Shown: piece after piece, positions 1 to 12,702 of the stretch
Numbering within the stretch: position 1 is the stretch's first letter
How the letters are laid out: the number at the start of each line of letters is the position of its first letter
Source of the DNA: Candidatus Coprovivens sp.
GTDB lineage: Bacteria > Bacillota_I > Bacilli_A > RF39 > UBA660
Direction: 5' to 3'
Length of the DNA stretch: 63,105 bases
Assembly (NCBI GenBank): GCA_051886175.1
Contig: JBJEXV010000003.1
Location: 1 to 63,105, forward strand
The notes under the pieces: generated by a model
What the model was told of the DNA's origin: nothing
The model's input: the letters and a program-made list of their open reading frames with translations, nothing else
The model's database searches: none
Made by a program: the position numbers and the translations under genes

Positions 1-60
1 CAACTAGGTTTTAAATAAATATTTTTTTAGTGTCTACTTTTCGTTGACAACTTCAGCTTT

Positions 61-591
61 TTAAGCTCCTTTAATTTTTTTCTTAACATATTCGTCTTTC
101 TTAAGTACTGATAGTAAATCGTTTAAGAATACATAACTACTATAGAATAGTATGAATATTATTAATACACCAAACATTAATACTACGTACCATGATGGTT
201 GGATTTCTACCATATAAGAATAGAATATTGTTTTAAAGAAAAGTAATACATACACTAGTAAGGAATTTACTAATGATGGAAATACTTTTAATAAATTTAA
301 ATTTAATATATTGAATATAACGATTGGAATCATTAATAGCAAAAATTGATAAATTGAATTTTCTACTACGAAGAAAGATTCAATTATTAAAAAGTAATGC
401 ATTATTAATAATGATATAGATATAATATCAATTGTTCTCAAATTCATGAATAGTCCATAGAATGTTGCGTTTTCATTAGTAATTGCTCTTTTGGAAAGGA
501 AATGGAAGACTAACGCTAATATAGCAACAAGGACTGGGAAGATGATAAAGTATGGTAGTAAACTACTTAATTGATATATCACTTGTTCCAT
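61..591 (-). CDS. Polytopic membrane protein; last gene of the F1-like ATPase cluster and a possible membrane (X0) component
   Basis: The 176-aa ORF is almost entirely hydrophobic helices (LLPYFIIFPVLVAILALVF, ISISLLIMHYFLII, FLLLMIPIVIFNIL, VVLMFGVLIIFILFY). Its start lies 4 nt after the epsilon-like stop. No family motif recognised. Confidence 0.6.
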   Translation of the reverse strand: MEQVIYQLSSLLPYFIIFPVLVAILALVFHFLSKRAITNENATFYGLFMNLRTIDIISISLLIMHYFLIIESFFVVENSIYQFLLLMIPIVIFNILNLNLLKVFPSLVNSLLVYVLLFFKTIFYSYMVEIQPSWYVVLMFGVLIIFILFYSSYVFLNDLLSVLKKDEYVKKKIKGA

Positions 592-594
592 ATC

Positions 595-2192
<1,598 letters not shown>

Positions 2193-2197
2193 CTACA

Positions 2198-2983
2198 TCA
2201 CCCCTTCAATATCCTATAGTTACTTATTTGTTTCTTAAATGCTTTTTGTTTCTTTTCTTTACGTTCTTGTTTAATTTGTTCTGTTTCGATTTCTTCAATC
2301 TTTTTCAACGATTCTCTTGTAACACGTTCACGCATTACATTTTCACTTGCCCAGCTGTTACTTTCAAATATTTTAATTTGGTAACAAATACATAGAACCA
2401 TAACACTACTAATGAAGTTATCTAGATCTGTTTCGACAACGTAGTCAATGTTTAAATCTTCTGGTTTAACGTTAGCAGAGTTAATATCTACTGGGAATAG
2501 TCTTTTTCTTTCGAAAGTGATATCACTAACTGAATGGTAATAGTTGCAAATTACATTAATTTCTTTAACTTTCTTTTCTTTAATGTATTCACTAATTAAA
2601 TCATTGATTTTTACGTATTCAGTTTGAAATTCATCTTTATTAATCATTAATAATATCTTTGGATCTTTGATATGAGCCATCTTTTTACCAATAACGATTT
2701 TATATGCATCTTTATCGGCCATTATAGCACTTTGTACTGAGTGGTTGAAGTTACCACAGAACCCCATATCGTTTCCAATATAGACATTTAATACTACTCC
2801 ATTTGGATTTTCGATAAATAGTTTTTTATCTAGTTTTAAGTTAACATTGTTAACTAGTGCCGCTAAAATCCTCGATAAGTCGTTTTCGACTTCGAAGAAT
2901 TTAGCTGCTTTTTTCTTTGCTTTATCTACTCTAATTAAAGAGTGGAAGTTCATAACTTTTACAATATTCTTAACACTAGACAT
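2198..2983 (-). CDS. F1 gamma-like central-stalk protein
   Basis: The 261-aa ORF sits between the alpha-like and beta-like genes, as atpG does. It has N-terminal and K/E-rich C-terminal helical segments and overlaps the alpha-like gene by 8 nt. Sequence similarity to canonical gamma is weak. Confidence 0.55.
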   Translation of the reverse strand: MSSVKNIVKVMNFHSLIRVDKAKKKAAKFFEVENDLSRILAALVNNVNLKLDKKLFIENPNGVVLNVYIGNDMGFCGNFNHSVQSAIMADKDAYKIVIGKKMAHIKDPKILLMINKDEFQTEYVKINDLISEYIKEKKVKEINVICNYYHSVSDITFERKRLFPVDINSANVKPEDLNIDYVVETDLDNFISSVMVLCICYQIKIFESNSWASENVMRERVTRESLKKIEEIETEQIKQERKEKKQKAFKKQISNYRILKG

Positions 2984-4508
2984 CTTTATTTTGCTCCTCT
3001 ACAAAACTAAATTTCTCAATAATTTGATCCATAGTTAGAGGAGTATATTTATATTGATTTAAGCTATCAAGTATTCTTTTACCTTCTTTAAGTTTGAATT
3101 GTAATTCTGGTGACATTTCGTCAACGTTTGCTAATTCGTAAACTTCTCTAGTTTCTAGATAACTTAATAGTTTTTGTCTTACTTTGGCACCTAGTTTTTT
3201 CATTTCAGGAGTTTGAACAGCACCACCTAAACGTGATACTGAAAGTCCGTAATCTATCGCAGGTTTGATACCTTTTTGATAGTTCTTAGATGAAAGAACT
3301 ATTTGTCCATCTGTAATTGAAATAACGTTTGTTGAAATATAGTCTGTAATGTCAGCACCTTTAGTTTCGATAACTGGTAATACAGTTATACTTGAACCAC
3401 TCTTGTATTGACATCCTCTTTCAAGTAGTCTTGAATGAGCATAGAATATATCTGCAGGATATGCGTCACGTCCTGGTGATTTACCAGAGATCAAACTGAT
3501 TTCACGGTAAGCATCGGCATGTTTCTTTAAGTCGTCGATTAATACTAGAACGTCAAATCCTTGTTCCATATATTTATTTGCTACTGACATAGCGAAATAT
3601 GGAGTTAAGTTAATTGCTGGAGGAAGGTCATCATAGAATGCTGTTATGAATACTGTGTAAGCTGTTGCATCTCTTTTTAGTAATTCATAATAGATTTCTT
3701 TAGTTTCCTTTTTAGTTTTACCAATAGCTACGTACATACAAATTACGTTTTTACCTTTTTGGTTAGCGATTGTATCTAGTAATAATTGTGTTTTACCTGT
3801 TCTTTTATCTCCAATGATTAACTGTCTTTGTCCTTTACCTATTGGGTAAATTAAGTCGATACCAGCAATACCTGTTTCTAATGGACGTTTAACATCGGTA
3901 CGATCCATAATTGATGCTGGAATTTCTTCGATTGGAATTTTTGTTGTATTTGAGAATTTTTGATTAGTTAATTTATCATAACCAAAGATATCAACAATTC
4001 TTCCTAATGAATCACTTGAGTAATCACCCATGAATTCTTCATTTGTTTGATATACCTCATCACCTATTGCTATCTTCTCTGTTTGAGTTAGAACGGCAAT
4101 AATTGCATGGTTTGATTCTAATTTTGTAACATAACCAATTGCTTTATTAGCAATGTTAATCTTTTCATAGAATGCTGCATTTTCTAGCCCTACTACTTCG
4201 ATAATGAAGTCTTTAACTTTAGTTACTTTACCAACACCATACACATTTTTCTTATTTTTAATATCGTGCATTTTTTGTTGAATTAGTGAATCAACATAGT
4301 TAGCATCTTTGGATTCAACTGTAACAACTTCTTCAGCTGGTTCTTCCTTCTTTTCTTCTTTTTTAGGTTCTTCAGCTGGAGTTGGTTCTGTATCAACTAT
4401 GATACTTGGTTGAACTTTTTCTGTCTCTGTGTTTGGTGTTTCAGTAGCTGGTACTTCAGGAGTAGTTACTACTTTTTCATCAAACTGAGGTTCTGTATTT
4501 TCCTTCAT
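2976..4508 (-). CDS. F1-ATPase alpha-subunit-like protein with a low-complexity N-terminal extension
   Basis: Alpha-type Walker A GDKRTGKT; NQKGKNVICMYVAIGKTKKE block; the first ~70-90 aa are P/E/T/K-rich; RBS AGAGGTGG. Confidence 0.85.
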   Translation of the reverse strand: MKENTEPQFDEKVVTTPEVPATETPNTETEKVQPSIIVDTEPTPAEEPKKEEKKEEPAEEVVTVESKDANYVDSLIQQKMHDIKNKKNVYGVGKVTKVKDFIIEVVGLENAAFYEKINIANKAIGYVTKLESNHAIIAVLTQTEKIAIGDEVYQTNEEFMGDYSSDSLGRIVDIFGYDKLTNQKFSNTTKIPIEEIPASIMDRTDVKRPLETGIAGIDLIYPIGKGQRQLIIGDKRTGKTQLLLDTIANQKGKNVICMYVAIGKTKKETKEIYYELLKRDATAYTVFITAFYDDLPPAINLTPYFAMSVANKYMEQGFDVLVLIDDLKKHADAYREISLISGKSPGRDAYPADIFYAHSRLLERGCQYKSGSSITVLPVIETKGADITDYISTNVISITDGQIVLSSKNYQKGIKPAIDYGLSVSRLGGAVQTPEMKKLGAKVRQKLLSYLETREVYELANVDEMSPELQFKLKEGKRILDSLNQYKYTPLTMDQIIEKFSFVEEQNKDV

Positions 4509-4529
4509 ATTTCCACCTCTTTTTTCTTT

Positions 4530-5272
4530 TTAACTTAAACTATAATCGTATAGTTTGTTTTTATAAATTATTTTTATACCTTTATATACTCTATCATCGA
4601 AGATAGTTTTGATTCTATCATCTAAATTATCGTAATTTTCGTCTTCACCACCAACAATTACATATATTGTTGGATCACATGTTCCCATTTCATTTTCTAC
4701 ATAGTTTAAGAAATCTTCAATTTCAAATTCATCAGCTGTCATGATGTATCTATGATAGATTTTATGGTCTATCTTTTCTATTTCTCTTTCAACGTTTTCA
4801 ATGAAGTTTTCTTCACTTGTTGTAAGGATTTGGTATACACCTAAGCTCATAATATAATCTTTAACTCTTTTAAGTTTCTCGTATTTTTTGAAGTTATCAG
4901 TTTCAACCTTTTCTTTGATGAAAGCTTGAATTACTGCTTCATTATCTACGATAAATCCTTTTTCGATTTTCTTAACTAGTTTAAGTAAATCTGATACTTG
5001 GTAATCGAGTTTTTCGTCAACATAAACTAATGAACCTGATTTCGCAATTTGAGAGATACTCTTAACATTATTTGTTCTTTGTTCTTCTAACCCTTTATTT
5101 CTTTCGTCATCATTTGCGTGTTTTCCCTCAAATTCCTTTTCATATTGTTGTAGTTTTAAGGTGAAGTAAACACGACCTTGCTCGTTTATATTAGAGACCG
5201 TGTTCTTCAAGATGAAGAAGATAACCACGGTCATCAGTAATAAAACGACAATAATTGCTATTATTGTTCCCA

Positions 5273-5273
<1 letters not shown>
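4530..5273 (-). CDS. Single-pass membrane protein with a long helical region, sitting where the b (and delta) peripheral-stalk genes would be
   Basis: N-terminal TM (IIAIIVVLLLMTVVIFFIL) followed by a charged helical region. Located between the c-like and alpha-like genes, where atpF/atpH normally lie. The TAATG overlap with the c-like ORF shares 1 nt (position 5273). Confidence 0.5.
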
Positions 5274-5524
<251 letters not shown>

Positions 5525-5531
5525 TCACTCC

Positions 5532-7124
5532 TTATTCGTTGAAAAATTTATAACTAACTACCATGTCAGATGTTGGACATGATGTTATGTTCGAATCTGT
5601 GTATCCATTACAGAATTTAATGTTGTCTAATTGAACGACATTTTTATCACTTAATGAATATCCTTTATTCAGTGCAATTGTTCCATAGTATACTCCACTA
5701 TTGTCAATATTACTGTCTGATAATTGTGTAGCTGGTGATGAGTTGTTTTGTACCCATTTTTCATATTCTTCGGAATATTTATATCCTAAGTATTGGATAT
5801 TTGCTGATGTAAATTTATATTCATTATCTACTGTTAATTCATAATGTAATATATATTGATCTACAGGATCCCCATCGTCTCCAGTTACTCTTTCTTTTGT
5901 TATTTTATATACTTGAATATTGTAAGAATCTTTTTTAGTTGTAACAACTAAAGTATCTTCTATAGTTTCTTCACTTGTACCAACTTTATAATATGTTAAA
6001 TCAATTGTATATGATGTATTTGGTTTTAAATCTCTGACAGTATATACATAATCGTTTTTATTTAATGCATGTACTGTTTTATCAGGGTCTACACCATCAG
6101 GTCCTGGTTGTGCAGGTCCATCTACAACTAAGTGAACAACTTGATATTCATCACTTGGATCGAATATTGTATATTCAACTTGAATTGTCGATACACCAGT
6201 TTTTATTGATTTTAATGCTAACCATTTAACGAAATCATAATATACATCGTTCTTGTTTAAGGCTAGGATTGCGTTGTTGTTTGAACCAACAACTGATGTT
6301 GTTAAGTTGTTAACACTCTTAATAACGTCATTAAAGTATTTATCATAGTAACCAACTACTGTATCCATACTTTGGTCTATGTTATCTTGAACTGCTTGTA
6401 GTTTATCATCTGTTAAGTCTTCTTTTTCTTCCTCTTCTGGTTCTGGTTCTACATATTGATTTGAACTACCGATGATATTTTTTAGATTAACTTCTGTATC
6501 TTCATATATTAGTTTTTCTAATGCTATATCAAATTTAAATGTTGAACCTGTTAGGATTAATTGACTTATTGTTTTGAAATTTACTAAGTGATTTGAGAAA
6601 GATGGGTTACCTTGTTTATCCATATTTATTATTACATAATCCTTAGTATCTAGTATTTCAGAATCTACTGTTCTTAATTCTGGGTCTACCATTAAGTATT
6701 GTCTATCATCTAGTTTAAAAAATTTAGTAGGAGAAGATTTAACGACTTTTGTTTCTCCTTTAACTACTTCTACATCACCAGTTGATAATACTTGGTAAGC
6801 TGTTCCATAAAGATATAGATACATATCCCCTTCTTTATAGATTACAGCATTTTTACCAATTTTATGTTTTGTTGTATCACCATCTACTTCTTCATATAAG
6901 TAGTAGTTTCTATCAACTTTTTGAGTAAGGTAAGCGTCGCCTTCTACCTTTATGTATTCATTGTCTTCATTGTAGACAACGCTTCCTACTTTTACTTCAA
7001 ATTCTGTTTTATCATATTGTAGGAATCGATAAATAAAGAATGCAAATATTGCTACTACTGCAATAATTATTATTGCTAGTAGAACAAATGATTTTCCGTT
7101 TTTCTTTGGTTTTTGTGGTTTCAT
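5532..7124 (-). CDS. N-terminally anchored surface protein with Ig/FN3-like beta domains
   Basis: 530 aa. Short basic N-terminus plus one TM (FVLLAIIIIAVVAIFAFFIY), an acidic linker EPEPEEEEKED, and an FN3-like strand pattern (LKPNTSYTIDLTYY). Confidence 0.6.
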   Translation of the reverse strand: MKPQKPKKNGKSFVLLAIIIIAVVAIFAFFIYRFLQYDKTEFEVKVGSVVYNEDNEYIKVEGDAYLTQKVDRNYYLYEEVDGDTTKHKIGKNAVIYKEGDMYLYLYGTAYQVLSTGDVEVVKGETKVVKSSPTKFFKLDDRQYLMVDPELRTVDSEILDTKDYVIINMDKQGNPSFSNHLVNFKTISQLILTGSTFKFDIALEKLIYEDTEVNLKNIIGSSNQYVEPEPEEEEKEDLTDDKLQAVQDNIDQSMDTVVGYYDKYFNDVIKSVNNLTTSVVGSNNNAILALNKNDVYYDFVKWLALKSIKTGVSTIQVEYTIFDPSDEYQVVHLVVDGPAQPGPDGVDPDKTVHALNKNDYVYTVRDLKPNTSYTIDLTYYKVGTSEETIEDTLVVTTKKDSYNIQVYKITKERVTGDDGDPVDQYILHYELTVDNEYKFTSANIQYLGYKYSEEYEKWVQNNSSPATQLSDSNIDNSGVYYGTIALNKGYSLSDKNVVQLDNIKFCNGYTDSNITSCPTSDMVVSYKFFNE

Positions 7125-7138
7125 TCTCTATTCACCTC

Positions 7139-10100
7139 CTAATTGATAATTATGTCATATGATTCAGAATCAACTAATTTACCTTCTGCATCTTTATATG
7201 AAATCTCTAATGTATATGTACCTCTTGTTAAAGGTAGGTTAATATCTAAGTAATAGTATGATCCTGTTTCATCAGTTGCCCATACAGTACTTACATCTGT
7301 ATATGCATTTGATGTTCCTGTTGCATTCGATGATATTGTATAGTCTATTGTTTTAATTGATGTAATCATGTATGAATTTGTATATCCAATTCTTACACCA
7401 CTAGTATTTGTGCTAATAATAGAAGATTGTCCAATATCTGCTGATGAACCAATTGTTATTTCTTTTATTTCATTATATGTAAGTTTAACACCTGTATTTG
7501 TGATATCGGCATCATATGTTACATATACTTGGCAGATTGTACTACCTTTACATATATCAACTTTATTGTAAGTTTTTCTTGCCCAGTATGTTGATAATTC
7601 TAAATCTGCAACTTTATGTAATCCTGTGTCATTCATTACTTGGATTGTATAACCAGCAGGTACTGGATTTTTTAATGAATATCCACCAACAGCTCTATAA
7701 CGGTCATAAATTGTTACTTGGAATGAGAATTCACCAAGTTTGTCACCTTCAGAGTCAATACGTTGAACTTTGATTGTTGGTTTATTAATATAGAATACAA
7801 ATCTTTGATTTGTTGGTTCTAACATTCTCTTTTTATCAAAACAATCTAATCCACTTGTACAATCTTGATATGCGATTATACTGAAGTAGTAAACTGTATT
7901 AGATTCTAGTGTTGCAAACGTTGTACTAGCATCAATTTGGAATGTTGTTGTGTATGTACTGCTTATCTCGCTTATCTCCATTGGCTTTAGTGTTTGTTTA
8001 ATATTTTCAATATTTGTTATTTCATTTAAATCTTTATCTAGGATTGTAAAATCGAATCCATCATAGTTTTCTAGTGTATCAACTGAGAATGTAGCAGTTA
8101 ATGATCTGTTATATTCGTCATGTTGTTTTGCTATATCTTCAGCTTTGTCATAAGATGTTGAGTTTGATTTTATTGTTCCTGTATCATATCTTATTTTGAA
8201 ATCTGTTATTGTCGGTTTAGCAAGTGTTTCAAAATTATATACTCTTCTATCTGGATTTCCAGCATTATGATATACTGCACCATAGAAGAAATCTTTTTCA
8301 ACATTATCATTTAGTTTATAAGTAAATACTAAACAATAACTTTGCCCTTTTCCTAAATCCATTTCTGATATTGTGAAATCAGATTTGCCAGCTATATCAG
8401 TTTCATAAGAATGTGTGTATTGTTTTTCTACTACGTTTTGACAAGTTCCATCATCATTTTGTCTAAACATTTTTGTAACTAATGTTAATTGGTTCTTGAT
8501 TGAATCATCTACAACCATTGTTGGTTTAATTCTTACACCACCAATTACTGGTTCAATGTCAGCGTCATCTAAATAGAATGTTGGTCTAATACTATCGAAT
8601 GAGAAGTCACACCTTGTAGATTCTGCTGAGCATGTTACTGCTTTTGCTGATAATACTTTAACATTTACGTATGCAGGATATCCTGCTGCATTGTTGTAGA
8701 ACATACCTTTTGTACTCTTTTGTAAACTCTTAGTATAATGATTTCCTTTTATATCATCGAATGATAATGTACCAGATTCATAATCGAATGATACATTTTT
8801 AAATACTTTTGTTTTTGATCCGAATGTTTGATATGAAGTAGCTCCATTTATTGCTTCTTCAATTACATAACCTTCGTTATTAGCATCTTCCGTGTCGAAA
8901 CCAGGTAACTCTCTATCATATACAAATGATATTTCTGGAGTTATTGTTCCTTTTCCCATTAATGCTGATATTTCTGAGAAGTCTACACTCAACTCTGCAT
9001 TGGTTGCATCCAATGAGTCTTTATTATCCATATCTTTATATATTATAGCTGTAGTTCCATCCGCTGCAGTAAATTTTAATTTAACATGAGCAACATATTT
9101 CTTTAATGTACTTAATGTATATCCACTAAATTTAAATTTAATGTCATTTCCACTATCTCCCATTTCAAGTCTATATGTTGGTACGTCAATATTATTTACA
9201 ACATTGTAGAATAACATTTCGTCTACTAATCTTATTTCTTCCACTTGATCGATGATACCATAACTTGAATCAATAGCGCCTTGTAGTAATAGTGCATTTG
9301 TTCTTACAATTAGTGATCCTGCTGCAAGTTTTGTTCCGAATGTTCCAGATGTTCCTGCTAAACAATTCCTTGTTTCAGTATATGAATCACCACATGTTAT
9401 TTGAGACCAAGATGAACCAGTTGCTGTTCCATATTGACCTGTTATACCAAGTGCATTGTCATTTATTAAAGCTTTGTCAACGTCATTAATGTAATATTGC
9501 CATCTTTGGTTTGCTGCTGTATCACGTGTTTTTAAATAAACTCCAATTGATGGTATTTGCTTTTTAGGTTGTTCTTTAAATGCTTTGAAATTTTTTGCAC
9601 ATGCCGTATCTTCTTTTGTGTCTTTTACGCCAATGTTGTATGTTACACAATATTTTAATGCGTATGAATGACCACGTCTATATACAAAGCCATTTGGATC
9701 ATCAGCAACATCGCTAAATACTATTGCTATTGCATTGTTTCCGTCATCTTGTGTTTCAGTATATAATTTTCTTATTTCTCCATCTGATAAAGTATGAGTC
9801 TTATTAGTTGTTAAATCCATTAAAGTATATTCTAGTTTATACTCACTTCTTTTTACGTTAGGAATTGCAATATCAGGAACTACTTTATACCCGATTATTG
9901 TATCAGAATATAAGTTTGGTTCCTCATAGTCTCTAAGAATTGCTTTATTATTTAATATCGCTTCATCAATGAATATTTTATTTTTAATAACACTATTCAC
10001 TGAAGCATTTGGATTGAATGGTATTTGACTATTTATAATCGGCAAGTCGTTTGGATACTCTGTATAGTCAAATGCATTTACTACTTCAAATATGTAGTTA

Positions 10101-12622
10101 CCATAAGTTAAATCTGTGGAATCAATATCGAATGTAGCAGGTGTAAACTCATATGTATTATCAAAGAACATTCCTCTTAATGTACTTTGATACTCATCAG
10201 CATTATTGTCACTAAATGTTCTTATCCAACATCTATTAGTTGGAAGACAATCAGTATTTAAATCATAATCTTCAGCTCTTACACGGAATTTAATACTTAC
10301 CATTGTATTTACCTCGTTTGGATTTTCTCCTTGTGTATCCGCTTCTGTTACACCTAATTTGAAATTAATTTTAAATTGAGTTTCAGTTGATTCACCAGTT
10401 AAGTCTGTTATTAATGCTGCTAAATTTGTTGGTAATGCTGTATTTACCGCGAATGTACCAATTTCAGCATATACGTAACCATTTTCGTCGTTGTAGTTAA
10501 TCCATCCCATAATTGTATATAGGTAACTTGTATTTGATTTTAAACCGTTGTCATTAATAGGGATTGTAAATGATTTTTTATTTGGTAAAGTTTGAAGGTC
10601 AATTTCATATGAATTTATTACAACTGATGAACCAACTGTTCTATTTTGAATTATTATATCAATTGGTTTTGATAAATTAATAGTTTCATTTGCATCATTA
10701 ATTGTTAATTTTCCTTCGATTCTTTCATGTGTTATTTTAGTCTCTTCAAATGTTACTGAAGGCCCGACAACCGAATTCATTATCATATCTTGTGTTCCAA
10801 GGTATATTTCATATTCCATTTCATTGTCGAAGAAAGTTAAGTATAGTTTTGCACGATAATTAGTATTTCTTGAAATTATTTTCCCATCAACATCAACATT
10901 AATTGTAGAAGATGTTGTTGCTTCTCTTGTCGTTACTATATCTGCTTTACTATTTTCTTTTCCAAGTTCGTAAATATCAGCTCTATAATTGATTGCCCCA
11001 TTGTCGGGGTCTTTAACGTTGTTTAGGTATAAGATAAATTTTGAACTTTGTTTATTGATAGCAACTGTTGTATCTCCGAACTTTGGAGAAGCTTTTAAAG
11101 TTCTAAGTTTTTTACTTATAAAATATGTATTTGATAATTCTTCATTTCCATATACTATTCCATAAATTTTTAATATGTAATCTGTATTTGATCTTATTTT
11201 ATAATAATCTGTTGTTTTAAACACTAATGAAATAGGAACATCTACACCTGTATTTGCAGGTTGAGGCAATGTATAAGTTGCTTTTTGAATTATAGCTCCT
11301 TCAGGGCCAATCAAGTCGTAGTTGAAGCTTTTTATTGATGAGTGTCCGTTTGCTTCTACTAAGAAAGCAACCTCTCCGCTTCTTACATAATCTTTTTCTA
11401 TTGTTAATCCCATTGATTTAGTAACGAATGTTTTTTGTACGAAGTCTTTCTCGTAATTTACATCATTCTTAGTATAACCAGATCTAACAATTACCGAATA
11501 GTTAGTTTCTGGAGCAAGGCCACCACAGTCAAATCCGAAATTTGCAGTTCCTTTTTCTATTGTTCCCATACAAGCAATCAAATTTGTCGAATTTTCCACT
11601 ATCTTCCAAGACATATCTCCTGTAAGTACTCCAGCTTCATCTTTTACTTTAATACTTACGTTAACTGATTTAACAGTTACTGTAATACCTTGAACATCGA
11701 ATTCTGCATCTGGCACTGTTTCATTTTCTTCTACAACCTCATCTGGTCTTTTTGTTGAAGTATCAACAACTCCTGATTGCATTCCCCCGATATTAACATT
11801 TGGTGCAGTAATTGGTTGGTTTTCGAAGTGTTCTACACTTAGTGAGTCATCTTCAATTTCTTCTTCTTTCTTTTCATCTTCAGGAACAATTTCAATATTA
11901 TCATCAGAATCAATTGTTATTTCACCAAGATTAACTTTTGTTTCTCCATCATATACAATTCTTTTGTTTAGTAAGTCAACTGTTATGCCATCTATCACTA
12001 CACTTAAATCTTTTGAAATGTTTTTTATATTCAATTCTTGATTTGTTATTTGGATGATATTTCCGTCCATGTATTCTATTTCCACATAGCCATCAGATAT
12101 AATTTTTTCTTCGTCACCATATTTAACTGTTAACCCGCTACCTACAATCATGTATTTAGTTTCTGTTACTTTTATCAAGAAATCTTTAAATGCAAGTTTG
12201 TGGTCTAAGTGGTCAATTTGATGTCCGTCTGATGCTTTAGTAAATACAGAACCATCATATACGTTGTAAAATTGTAATGTTGAATTTTTTACATTTGGTA
12301 AATTAAGCACTACAGCTTTTTTGAAAGTCGCTATCGAACCATCTGTATAATGTACAAACGTATCACTAGGTATAGTAATTTCTTCAGATTCAGTGTTTTC
12401 AAACACTACCTCATTTTTTGATTCATTAACTTTATATTTGTTTTCTTTCAAGAAGTAATACTTATTAGCATCTTTTCCTTCAGCAAGTCCTAATACATAT
12501 CCATCTTCGTGGAATGTACTATAACTATCGTTATAAACTTTGATACCAAATAGTAAAATTGCCGCTGTAATAGCAAGCACTGGTACCACTATAGTAAATA
12601 TTTTCTTAAACATATCATTCAC
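7139..12622 (-). CDS. Giant (1827-aa) N-terminally anchored surface protein made of repeated beta-sandwich domains
   Basis: N-terminal TM (IFTIVVPVLAITAAILLFGI). FN3/Ig-like signatures recur (LAPETNYSVIV, IRSNTDYILKIYG, ISRNTNYRAKLY, LKSNTSYLYTIMG, LESNTVYYFSIIAY). Confidence 0.7.
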   Translation of the reverse strand: MNDMFKKIFTIVVPVLAITAAILLFGIKVYNDSYSTFHEDGYVLGLAEGKDANKYYFLKENKYKVNESKNEVVFENTESEEITIPSDTFVHYTDGSIATFKKAVVLNLPNVKNSTLQFYNVYDGSVFTKASDGHQIDHLDHKLAFKDFLIKVTETKYMIVGSGLTVKYGDEEKIISDGYVEIEYMDGNIIQITNQELNIKNISKDLSVVIDGITVDLLNKRIVYDGETKVNLGEITIDSDDNIEIVPEDEKKEEEIEDDSLSVEHFENQPITAPNVNIGGMQSGVVDTSTKRPDEVVEENETVPDAEFDVQGITVTVKSVNVSIKVKDEAGVLTGDMSWKIVENSTNLIACMGTIEKGTANFGFDCGGLAPETNYSVIVRSGYTKNDVNYEKDFVQKTFVTKSMGLTIEKDYVRSGEVAFLVEANGHSSIKSFNYDLIGPEGAIIQKATYTLPQPANTGVDVPISLVFKTTDYYKIRSNTDYILKIYGIVYGNEELSNTYFISKKLRTLKASPKFGDTTVAINKQSSKFILYLNNVKDPDNGAINYRADIYELGKENSKADIVTTREATTSSTINVDVDGKIISRNTNYRAKLYLTFFDNEMEYEIYLGTQDMIMNSVVGPSVTFEETKITHERIEGKLTINDANETINLSKPIDIIIQNRTVGSSVVINSYEIDLQTLPNKKSFTIPINDNGLKSNTSYLYTIMGWINYNDENGYVYAEIGTFAVNTALPTNLAALITDLTGESTETQFKINFKLGVTEADTQGENPNEVNTMVSIKFRVRAEDYDLNTDCLPTNRCWIRTFSDNNADEYQSTLRGMFFDNTYEFTPATFDIDSTDLTYGNYIFEVVNAFDYTEYPNDLPIINSQIPFNPNASVNSVIKNKIFIDEAILNNKAILRDYEEPNLYSDTIIGYKVVPDIAIPNVKRSEYKLEYTLMDLTTNKTHTLSDGEIRKLYTETQDDGNNAIAIVFSDVADDPNGFVYRRGHSYALKYCVTYNIGVKDTKEDTACAKNFKAFKEQPKKQIPSIGVYLKTRDTAANQRWQYYINDVDKALINDNALGITGQYGTATGSSWSQITCGDSYTETRNCLAGTSGTFGTKLAAGSLIVRTNALLLQGAIDSSYGIIDQVEEIRLVDEMLFYNVVNNIDVPTYRLEMGDSGNDIKFKFSGYTLSTLKKYVAHVKLKFTAADGTTAIIYKDMDNKDSLDATNAELSVDFSEISALMGKGTITPEISFVYDRELPGFDTEDANNEGYVIEEAINGATSYQTFGSKTKVFKNVSFDYESGTLSFDDIKGNHYTKSLQKSTKGMFYNNAAGYPAYVNVKVLSAKAVTCSAESTRCDFSFDSIRPTFYLDDADIEPVIGGVRIKPTMVVDDSIKNQLTLVTKMFRQNDDGTCQNVVEKQYTHSYETDIAGKSDFTISEMDLGKGQSYCLVFTYKLNDNVEKDFFYGAVYHNAGNPDRRVYNFETLAKPTITDFKIRYDTGTIKSNSTSYDKAEDIAKQHDEYNRSLTATFSVDTLENYDGFDFTILDKDLNEITNIENIKQTLKPMEISEISSTYTTTFQIDASTTFATLESNTVYYFSIIAYQDCTSGLDCFDKKRMLEPTNQRFVFYINKPTIKVQRIDSEGDKLGEFSFQVTIYDRYRAVGGYSLKNPVPAGYTIQVMNDTGLHKVADLELSTYWARKTYNKVDICKGSTICQVYVTYDADITNTGVKLTYNEIKEITIGSSADIGQSSIISTNTSGVRIGYTNSYMITSIKTIDYTISSNATGTSNAYTDVSTVWATDETGSYYYLDINLPLTRGTYTLEISYKDAEGKLVDSESYDIIIN

Positions 12623-12702
12623 CTTTACCTATCATATACATATATAATATCACATTACAAATACAAAATAAATAGGAAAATACAAAAAAAAGAGGTTAAA
12701 AG

